A stretch of DNA of 64,000 bases. It comes from Eledone cirrhosa. Its lineage: Eukaryota. The notes beneath the pieces were generated by a model. That model was not told the DNA's origin, ran no database searches, and saw only the letters and a list, made by a program, of their open reading frames with translations. The stretch covers positions 296,298,001 through 296,362,000 of the forward strand of contig OZ024741.1 of assembly GCA_964016885.1 (NCBI GenBank), in the 5' to 3' direction. Shown here piece by piece: positions 52,539-64,000 of the stretch (the stretch's first letter is position 1; each line of letters starts with the position of its first letter). Both the position numbers and the translations under genes were made by a program.

Positions 52539-53507
52539 TCTTTATTTGCCACAGGGATGTACAAAAATATGACATTACAAGACGTGACGGCGGGGGTTTT
52601 ACATACAAATCATATAACTTTAACATTAATAAATATCAATAAACTATATATAATAAAATAACAATTGAAATCCCCAATATTGGGGAACGTTACTGCAGGG
52701 TTGTTTTACACCCCGTGAATAGAACAACCCTCAACACCAGGAACGTTTTGTAGGTGTTCCCGTCTTCCCTCTGTTTATCTTCCTCAGCCTACAGGTTTAT
52801 ATACAGAGAAGGTCCATTCATTCGGGCCATTTTCGCCACATTCACCCACTTTTCAACGAATTTACTGGGGTGTAGCACCTCTCTCTCCACTCTCACCTTT
52901 CTTCTGAAGTGTTACTTAAAGAAGGGAATGAGTTGTTGTCCGGAGAGAAAGGTGTTTGCCCTCAGTCCTTTTAACCTCGTCCACCATATTACCTCTTTCG
53001 CCAGAGCCACCAGACAGAAGAAGACCGCCTCTTCTTCATTCTTAAATGAAGGCGGTGGGGTGATCCTCACGATGGACTCGGCTGACAACTGGATGCGTCC
53101 CACACGTGACAGTAGCTGTTCGACATAATTCCACAAGTCGGTCACCCCTGGGCACTGAACAATTGCGTGCAGAACGGTTTCGATGTCCTGCTCGCATCTT
53201 GGACAGGTTCTTTTGGCAGGATCTCTGCCAGGGCGTCCGTGCCTGTAGATTTTGTCTCGAACTGGTAGAGCTCCTCGGTAGCACTGCCAAGCCAGAGACC
53301 TCTGGAAGTTATCCATAGGCCCTTGACGGAAAGTCCTCTCGAACAGACTGGCCAGTTCGTCCTCCTCGATGCCTAGAGTTTCCCCGAGAACGTGGTCGCA
53401 CTTATCCTCCACTAATCCTCTATAGAATGTCGAAGTGGAGGCTGTGCTGATTGCTGTTTCCGCTTGGTAGAGGGCTGTGAGCGCCTGAAGGCACTCGAGG
53501 TGCCAGA
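52538..53507 (-). mobile_element. Tx1/L1-clade LINE 3' fragment, copy C
   Basis: ORF 52912-53538 with CPRCEQDIETVLHAIVQCP; 5' flank (TCTA)n, 3' AATAAA then (TC)n. Confidence 0.88.
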
Positions 53508-53611
53508 TAGATAGATAGATGTAAAAGGTAAACAACACAATCAGTACAGTATATGGAAGGAATGAATTAGTTTAAGGCTTGCAACAGCTGGAGAGGGTAT
53601 ATATATATATA

Positions 53612-53772
53612 TATACGATATTAATAAATGGAAACTATATTTATAAATATGGTTTTATAAATATAGTTTCCATTTATTAATATCGTATATCTACTCCAAA
53701 TACTTGTCGAGTGCTTTATATCAGTTATAAAAATATTTACTTGTTGTATCCCAACAATTTAAATAGAACTTT

Positions 53773-53775
<3 letters not shown>
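53612..53775 (+). mobile_element. Short fold-back end element (hairpin 53612-53689 plus tail); relatives at 19145-19285 and 50870-50917
   Basis: Inverted gatattaataaatggaaactat arms; tail tactc..tcgagtgct. Confidence 0.65.
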
Positions 53776-53807
<32 letters not shown>

Positions 53808-54028
53808 TTGTGTGATAATTTTTTTCTAAGTCGAACGAAATATAGTCTGAAAATATATAAATAAATAAAAGTAATCCATGTATTTTCTCCCTTGTTTTCA
53901 TTGAACTATCTCCCTTACTTAAAATCTTTAGCTTTTATTTGTTAAGCTTCTACATAATTTTGCATTATCTCCCTTGCATCATTTTTATTGACATCTGCTA
54001 AGTTCATGTTTGTTAACTTGTTTTCGCG

Positions 54029-54353
54029 TACTCTCGGGTCTCGAATAATGCCCCCACCCCCACCCCACCCACCACCTCGCGCTCATTAATATTTTGGATG
54101 CTTATTAAATTTTGCTAATTTATCTCCAGCGAAATTTTATTTTAAGTAGTAGCATTTCTGCAACAATTAATTTTCTTTAGACATTAAAAAACTTTATACA
54201 TGGCAAAAAAGTACATTACTAGAAATCCCAGACGTCATGAAATAAATAGGATGTAATCTAAACGACTAATTCTGATTTTTAAAAAGAACCAACGGAGACC
54301 ACTTAGAAAAATTAGCACTTACGTCACCTCCTTACTATTTGGGACCCTAGAGT
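54029..54353 (-). mobile_element. TA-flanked MITE-like element (copy 2)
   Basis: TIRs tactctcgggtctc / gggaccctagagta. Confidence 0.7.
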
Positions 54354-54994
54354 ACATACTTTTAGAGAGAGACACAAAAACAGAGACATTTTAGTGATAG
54401 GGGAATTATTTTTAATCGATTAAATTTGACTAATTAAAATTTTATCCGGTCTGGTTGAATGACAAACAAAGTAAATTTTAACAGTATTTGAAATCCCCCT
54501 TGTTCTGTAGCCAGCTAGATTGTCCAGGGTCGATGAGAAAACACTCGATAGTCTTACACATTGCCCGTAGGTTAGAAATATCTGCCTTATATGAGACATC
54601 AATGTCAGTGACTTTTTTGCACCTTTATCACATCCTAGATGCGACAATGAAAGTGGATCTCACTGGTTCCATAGATCAACAGAGCAAACTATTGAAAAAT
54701 CATGAATTATCGGTGAACTGCTATTTTCGGCTTGTGATAGTGGAGATGTTCAAGAGAGCCGAACCAATGGACTAATGACAACAAAGTTTGTTATCGTTGG
54801 CAGCTCATCTTACTTAAATATCAAATGATGCCCATGAAGATACTTGGCTATTCCAACATCACTCATGGTGATATATGTTCCATTCTAACTTTTTATTTCT
54901 GACTCATTTCTATTTATATATTTCTTTTGTAAATCATATTTATTATATTATATATTGTGTTTATATGTATACCATGCCCATTATATCAATCTAT

Positions 54995-55345
54995 CTAGGG
55001 CAGGTTAAATATCCAAGATCCATGCACGAGTTCTCTCCAGCAGTGTCTGTCCTTCATCATCGCTGCCATGTCCTGCGTCTCCCAGAGACCAGTTTCTGTC
55101 CTTAGGGCATCAATATATGTCATCCTTGGTCTCCCTCTTCTAGTGTGTCTGTGCAGGGGCTCCCACAGGACCACTAAATGCAGTGTCAACTCTGAATGTC
55201 AGTGAGCATGTTCAGCTAACCTCAGTCTCCTATGTGTTACTTTCGAGCTCGGAGTTCTTCATCCTCAGTGTATATTGATTAATGTTCAGAGCCACCCTCA
55301 GCTTTCTCGCGTAGCACCCATCCACCATCTGAGTGAGTCTCTTAA
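54995..55345 (-). mobile_element. RTE-like LINE 3' fragment
   Basis: ETWTL..VDGCYARKLRVALNI; LWEPLH..RRGRPRMTYID..WRE. Confidence 0.8.
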
Positions 55346-55626
55346 TCAGTGTCCAAGTCTCATGATATGTAGAAAAGGGGTTGACATAAACTCTATAGAA
55401 TGTACACAATGCAGATATTGGATACACAAGAGGTGTAGTGGGATAGCAGGCAAATTAACAGGAAGGGGAAACTTCATATGTAGTAAATGTTCAGGAAAAA
55501 TTGATAGAAGTGTCAGTGATAGGCATATTTTTCAAATGCAGGTAGGATCTATAGAAGTGGTTGATAGCTTCCAATATCTAAGTGATCAGATTAGCAAGGG
55601 AGGAGGATGCTCTGAGGCCATAGTAT
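55345..55626 (+). mobile_element. RTE-like RT fragment with an embedded PHD-type finger
   Basis: ICRKGVDINSIECTQCRYWIHKRC..FICSKC followed by IEVVDSFQYL..I..GGGCSEA (late RT motif). Confidence 0.75.
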
Positions 55627-55826
55627 NNNNNNNNNNNNNNNNNNNNNNNNNNNNNNNNNNNNNNNNNNNNNNNNNNNNNNNNNNNNNNNNNNNNNNNNNN
55701 NNNNNNNNNNNNNNNNNNNNNNNNNNNNNNNNNNNNNNNNNNNNNNNNNNNNNNNNNNNNNNNNNNNNNNNNNNNNNNNNNNNNNNNNNNNNNNNNNNNN
55801 NNNNNNNNNNNNNNNNNNNNNNNNNN
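55627..55826. other. Assembly gap (200 N)
   Basis: Run of N. Confidence 1.
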
Positions 55827-55900
<74 letters not shown>

Positions 55901-56069
55901 GATTTCAATACAAGACTGGTACTTTATTTATCAAATCCAAAGGGATGAAGGGCAAAGTTGAGTTTGGTGGGATTTGAACTCACACATTGTGATGTAGCAA
56001 TCCAATATTTAACCCACTTTGTCATTCTGTGACATCAAGAAATATTATAAATCGTTGAGATATATATAC

Positions 56070-56108
<39 letters not shown>

Positions 56109-56168
56109 ACAAAATCGAAAGTGTTGCTGTGCAGTGGGGACAAAAATGTTATACACATTTACAAACAG

Positions 56169-56199
<31 letters not shown>

Positions 56200-56265
56200 A
56201 TATATAATATATATAAATATACATATATATAATATACATATATATAAATATACATATATATATAT

Positions 56266-56433
56266 TGAATCAGAGGTAACCACAGCAAGGAAGGTACTCA
56301 ATACATAACAGAGTATAAAAGTTTTAATATAGATGAGATTCTACAGGACTAGAACTGTTTCATTCTTTAGAAATCATCAGGATGATTTCTAAAGAATGAA
56401 ACAGTTCTAGTCCTGTAGAATCTGTTCTATATT

Positions 56434-56437
<4 letters not shown>
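56266..56437 (-). mobile_element. Fold-back hammerhead mini-element (hairpin 56322-56437 plus tail)
   Basis: Minus strand CTGATGA tttctaaagaat GAAAc; ~55-bp arms; tail tactc..tattgagtacc. Confidence 0.78.
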
Positions 56438-56474
<37 letters not shown>

Positions 56475-56759
56475 CATATATATATATATATCGGAGATCA
56501 ATAGAAGTGGATATAACACTCATTCATTACCAGTGTGTTAAAGCTCAATTCAGGTGAATAACCAAAAGCTTTAAATACCTTGGTTAACAGTCTGGAACTA
56601 GCTGGTGAAACTGCAAGAGCTCAGCCGTCGGGTCCCGACTCTTTATGATATAACCATACTCCAAGTATTGAGTATTCTGATGAGTAATGGTAATAGTCTG
56701 ACCAGTTTCAAACAGATTCCATACACACACACACACATACACATATTTATATATATAGG

Positions 56760-57632
56760 TTGGTGAATTATCAGAGTCATGAGAGTGTCGGATAAGTTGC
56801 CTTGTGGTATTTCTTCTGGCTCTCTGCATTCTGAGTTCAAATCCCACCAAGGTCAACTTTGCCTTTCATCCTTTTGGGGTGTTGATAAATAAAGTACCAG
56901 TCGAGGGCAGTGAATTGGTTGAATTGTTAAAATGTTGGACAAAATGTTTAGCAATAACCCTTTCAGTCACTTGCATTGTGAGTCTACATGTGTCAATGCT
57001 GGTACCAAGCTGTATTCATCTTTGTCATTCCCTTGGACAACATGGTTGTGTGGAGATGAGAGACTTACAACTGCTATGCTTCAGCGAAAGGCTTGCCAAG
57101 GTCAATTTTGTATTTCGTCCTTCTGGAGTCGATAAAATAAAGTACCAGTCAAGAACTGGGAGTTTAACCACTCTCCCAAATTTCAGCCAGTTTAATATGC
57201 TTTAATAACTATAACAGTGATGACAATAATGGTTTCTAAGTTTGGCACAAGGCCAGCAATTTAGATGGGGCTTTATTTTATCGAACCTGGGAAAATGAAA
57301 GGCAAAGCTGACCTCAGTGGAATTTGAACTTGGAACAAAGGGGCATAACTAAATACTGCAAGGCATTTTGTCAATCACCCTACTGATTCAGCCAATTTAA
57401 ACAACAACAGTAACAACAATATTAATAATGTCAATAATATTGATTTTCAATTTAGAGGAAAAGAAAGCCGATTATATCAACCCCAGTGCATTACTGGTAC
57501 TTTATTTTATCGACCCTGGAAGGATGAAAGGCAAAACTAACCATGGCAGGATTTAAACTCAGAAGGTAAAGGGCCGTAACTCTATGCCTCAAAGCATGTT
57601 GTCTGACGCTCTACAGACACCTCCAATCCACT
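56760..57632. mobile_element. Cluster of four SINE family 1 copies or fragments (more at 55905-55985, 59550-59710, 60155-60308)
   Basis: gcctttcatcc..gataaa..aaagtaccag core on either strand. Confidence 0.8.
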
Positions 57633-57868
57633 AATAACAACAACAATAATAATAATTATAATATAGTATAGAAACAGTGTTATATAACAACTAAAGATAT
57701 ATATATATAGATAGATAGATATAACATGAATATACGATTAAACTGAATGAATATCTGTGAAAACAATCTTGTTTATGTATATGGTAAGGTGTGGAGAATA
57801 TGTAATTATGTTGTGATAATATGAGTGTGATTAATTGTGGGTGTGGTTGAAAAAATTTGGATATTTAA

Positions 57869-58168
57869 CCCTTTAGCTACCAACCCACCCCAAACTGGCT
57901 CTGGTTCTATGAAATAAAACCACCTATTTTAAAGGGTTCCTATTTAACTCTTGTTACCAGCCTGGCCAAAACTTCTATGAAATAATGTCACCAATTTTAA
58001 AGGTTTCCAATTCAAATCAAAATCTTCCAACATAATTTTATATAACAACCTTACATTAAGTTACTATCTGAGTAATGAAATAATTAATACTTTTAGTAAA
58101 TCTCTCAAAGTTCTTCATTAATTGATCAAAATAGTGTATACTTTATTAGAAATGCAGTCATGAAAGGG
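57869..58168. mobile_element. piggyBac-like MITE
   Basis: TTAA-CCCTTT ... AAAGGG-TTAA. Confidence 0.6.
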
Positions 58169-58380
58169 TTAAAGTATATGTGTGGATATGGATGTAATGT
58201 AGGTAAAAAATATATAGGTATTTGGAAAAAATATGTGTCAGTTTATGTGATACTGCGTGAGCACATGTAATGAAGTGTGGGTATATATGTGATATTGGTG
58301 AATATGTAAGAATGTGTGGTTATATGTGCGTAGGTATTGGTATATATATATGAGGGTATTATGTGAGCATATATGTAAGA

Positions 58381-58412
<32 letters not shown>

Positions 58413-58898
58413 CGTATGGGGGCCTGTGTGGGTGTGGTGTAATATACTTGTGTAGAATTTGGTTTTTGTGGGTCTGGCAACGTCAACCTAATATAGGTAG
58501 ATTATTGAAAACAAGAAACAGGGCAATGTTTCAATGATTTTAACAATATAAAGCATAAACCCACATGCATACACATACACATACACATGCACACACACAC
58601 ATATACACTAAAAAACACAGTTATAAACATATATACAAACAGATATACATATACAAACTGTCTTTATGTTTTTCTACACACACAGACACAAAGTCAGCAC
58701 CACCTCCACCACCAACACCACCACTCACAGCACCTTTATTACAAACATCATCACACACACCACCACCACTCACAGCACCTTTATTATAGACATCACTCAC
58801 ACCATCAATACTCACACCACCATGACCATCATCCACACTGCCATTAACCACACCATCATCACTACGACCAGCATCACCACCCACACCAACACACATAC

Positions 58899-58950
58899 CA
58901 CCAGTAACAACATCATCAGTGTTCTTCAGTTGTATTATTGAATTTCCATG
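58899..58950 (-). CDS. Candidate host-gene exon HGNSIIQLKNTDDVVTG (may extend through a Gly/Asp/Val-rich frame to ~58660)
   Basis: Strong acceptor (long T tract ending ctgttttCAG|); donor options G|GTATGT at 58898 or later GTGAGT sites. Confidence 0.45.
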
Positions 58951-59364
58951 CTGAAAACAGAAAAAAAAAATAAAAAGAAACAATTGTAATTTTTTTAGTT
59001 AATCAACATTGTATAGAATATAGAATTTAAAATGTATTCGTGAGTTTCGTTTGTTTGCAAGCAAACAGCCTCATTTAACACAATGTGTGTTTTCTAGATG
59101 GCCAATGCCATACTTTTGAAGAGAATCAAATAGGCCACTTGTCTTAAGATACACATATCACATATATATTATTCAAGTAAAGAAATGCTGGTGGATCAAC
59201 TAATCTACCAACTGTAGTTGTAAACAGAGGTAAAGCACTCCACAACTTACGTTCCTTAAAGTATTATCAATAAGTTATCAATATTATGAAGAGAGATGGT
59301 TTAAGTGAACACCCTCTATTTATTATATAATAAATAGAGGATGTACACTTAAAAGCGTTTCTCT

Positions 59365-59405
<41 letters not shown>

Positions 59406-60543
59406 ATAATTTTGATCAATACAAAAAATCCGGCAAATGCACAGGCCATCAGGAATGCTAAAAATAGATCCACATTAGGTCCTTAAGTCAGCTCAACTAT
59501 ATTAACATTTTATAGGAGCAGAAATACTATAATATATCAGTTAATATAGGTTTCTGATTTAGGCACAAGGCCAACAATTTTGGAGGAAGGGGAAAGTCGA
59601 TTAAATTGACCCCCGCTACTTAATTTTATCCACCCCGTAAGGAGAAAAGGCAAAGCTAAACTCGTTGGGATTTGAACTCAGAATATAAAGGACCATCGCT
59701 ATATGCCACAAAAGACAAAATGTATCCAAGACCATCCTTATATAATATATATATATATATATATATAATTCCAGTATGTGTGAGTGTTATTTTCATTGTT
59801 CAATACACACACACACATATATATGTACATATAAATGACTGTAGCTTGAGTAGAATCTTTAAGGGAACTTTATGCAATGAAAACCTACTACAAAAACGAT
59901 AGCTCCCATTGCCTCATCTCATAGGCTGCATTGAGTTTGAACAATGTTATTGGCCCCACCATAAATAGGTGGATAGAAGAATGTATATATATATATGCAT
60001 ATATCTATCTATATATATATATATATTGTCCCATAACTCCTGATAGATTCGTAGGGGCGCTGTATGTCAATAGTGTTTCTTGGGCATTTTAAGCCTGGCA
60101 AAGCCCATCCCTCTCCAGGCCTGAGTACAACAGATTTCTTCCTGAGAGCGAAAGAGTCGACCCCAGTACTAGACTGGTAGTTTTTTTATTGACCTCAAAA
60201 GGCTGAAAGGCAAAGATGACTTTGGTGGATTTTGAACTCAGAGAGCCAGAACGAATACTATAAAGCATTCTATCCGACGTTCTAATGGTTCTGCCAATTC
60301 ACCGCCTTATAATAATTCTAGTATGAAGGCTTCATACGTTATAAGAAACAATTATGAAAGGAAAGAACTCTAATATTTTCCAATGACTTCCAGCACACAC
60401 TCATATCTCTTCTTCCTACTGTTATCAGAAAACTACTGCTCACATCTGAATGTCTTGTCTGGTGTCGATGTCTTTTCATCTTTTTCTAATGAGTTTGTAC
60501 CTAAAATTTAAAAAAAAGAGATGATATATACGTTCTTATACAT

Positions 60544-60681
<138 letters not shown>

Positions 60682-60699
60682 TGTTGTTGTTGTTGTAAT

Positions 60700-60871
60700 A
60701 AATACAAAGACCAAAATCCAAAGAGGACTTTATATATATAAACCGATAGAGCAAATACCTATTGTTAGTATAAATTAAAATTTAAGCAATGAATTTCTGC
60801 TTTCACCCTGAGCAAGATCATCAGATGGTCCTTCTCAGGGTGAAAGCGGGAATTCTTTGCTCAAACTTTTA
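60700..60871 (-). mobile_element. Degenerate fold-back hammerhead mini-element; relative at 22990-23135
   Basis: Minus strand CTGATGA tcttgctcagggt GAAAgc; imperfect arms 60778-60871. Confidence 0.6.
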
Positions 60872-60932
60872 AACTGTACTAATAAAAATAATAACGTGTG
60901 TGTGCGTGTATGTATGTATGTATGTATGTATG

Positions 60933-61014
<82 letters not shown>

Positions 61015-61203
61015 TATACATATATACACACACACATATATACATATATATATACATACATATACACATACATATATATATACATATATATATACATATA
61101 TATGTATATATATATATACATATACATATATATACACATATATATATATATACATATATATATACATATATATGTATATATATATATACATATACATATA
61201 TAT

Positions 61204-61261
<58 letters not shown>

Positions 61262-61266
61262 ATACA

Positions 61267-61833
61267 TGGTGGCTGCCAACTCGTTTTCGAGTACGGCCAC
61301 TACTTTATATCCATATAGGAGAACCCCTACCGATGCGCCGAACGGGTGTGACTTTTTAGTCCAGCCAGCGACTTGAAAACTCTGGAACAAACACTACACT
61401 TGTGACAATTATTGACACATAGTGCTGGGCCCATGGTACCATGTGACGACAAGTGCAGAGAGATCTCCAGATATAAAGCAATGCCTGTGCCGTGAAGCTT
61501 TTATAGTGAGCAAAGGCACTGCACAAAGCCAGTCCCACTCTCTTAACCAAGATGATATTTACCAAAAAGAAGAACAAGTCAACATCATTGGATACCATCA
61601 GGGTTGCAGGTGTTATATCAGAGTTTTCCTTCTCCTAGAATTCTGCCTTGACAAAGGCTAAGGGGTCATCTCTCCCGGTGATTTTGGATGGCCATTGACT
61701 CTTAAGAGCTCCTTTGCCCTTTGACAGGTTTTGTTTTTAGTCCTGCAGGATGTCCAAAGTCACCCTCCTCACCAAGAAACCTTGGTGGGGTTGCCAGTTT
61801 AGTCGCCAACGACCCGACCATGAGACAGGTTGT
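61267..61833 (-). mobile_element. Non-autonomous RTE-derived element, slightly 5'-truncated
   Basis: Near-identical to the 5994-6604 copy. Confidence 0.9.
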
Positions 61834-61881
61834 ATATATATATGTATATATATATATATGTATATATATACATATATATAC

Positions 61882-61912
<31 letters not shown>

Positions 61913-62045
61913 CATACATATATACATACATATATACATACATATATATATACATATATATATATATACATATATATATACATATATATATACATATATA
62001 TATACATATATATATACATATATATATATATACATATATATATAC

Positions 62046-62076
<31 letters not shown>

Positions 62077-62260
62077 CATATATATATACATATATATATA
62101 CATATATATATATACATATATATATATACATATATATATATACATATATATATACATATATATATACATATATATATACACATATATATACATATATATA
62201 TACATATATATATACATATATATATACATATATATATACATATATATATACATATATATA

Positions 62261-62710
62261 TGGTGGCTGCCAACTCGTTTTCGAGTACGGCCACTACTTT
62301 ATATCCATGTAGGAGAACCCCTACCGAAGCGCTGCATGAGTGTGACTTTTTAGTCCAGCCAGCGACTTGAAAACTCTGGTACAAACACTACACTTGTGAC
62401 AATTATTGACACATAGTGCTGGGCCCATGGTACCATGTGAGGACAAGTGCAGAGAGATCTCCAGATATAAAGCAATGCCTGTGCCGTGAAGCTTTTATAG
62501 TGAGCAAAGGCACTGCACAAAGCCAGTCCCACTCTCTTAACCAAGATGATATTTACCAAAAAGAAGAACAAGTCAACATCATTGGATACCATCAAGGTTG
62601 CAGGTGTTATATCAGAGTTTTCCTTCTCCTAGAATTCTGCCTTGACAAAGGCTAAGGGGTCATCTCTCCCGGTGATTTTGGATGGCCATTGACTCTTAAG
62701 AGCTCCTTTG
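62261..62710 (-). mobile_element. Non-autonomous RTE-derived element, 5'-truncated
   Basis: Near-identical to the other copies. Confidence 0.9.

Positions 62711-64000
<1,290 letters not shown>

Noticed and set aside
54475-54625. Open minus-strand frame VTDIDVSYKADISNLRAMCKTIECF..
   Set aside because: No credible splice sites or recognisable domain; cannot be supported.

Overview
Repeat-dominated animal (eukaryotic) genomic DNA, not prokaryotic. The microsatellite load and SINE types suggest a cephalopod such as octopus (inference). No intact host gene can be built, and most of the ORF track is translated microsatellite. Contents: a near full-length Penelope-like retroelement (PLE; RT + GIY-YIG, 25690-30765, minus); a second, fold-back PLE (12817-17207) interrupted by a Buster-type hAT transposon with an 8-bp TSD; three Tx1/L1 3' fragments; one R4/Dong-type RLE retrotransposon; several RTE fragments; six copies of a ~600-bp non-autonomous RTE derivative; ~20 tRNA-SINE copies; MITEs; three G/T-rich minisatellite arrays (34.6-41.1 kb); a 200-N gap; and a few minus-strand splice signals that may be exons of a large host gene. 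The main signal is a dense, multi-family set of short asymmetric fold-back insertions in (TA)n tracts. Many carry minimal hammerhead-ribozyme cores (CYGANGA...GAAA). The longer arm has a 55-90 nt tail, which in about 8 otherwise dissimilar copies holds an ACTC-N10-25-GAGT(G/A)(C/T) stem. All calls are by eye; coordinates may be off by a few bases.
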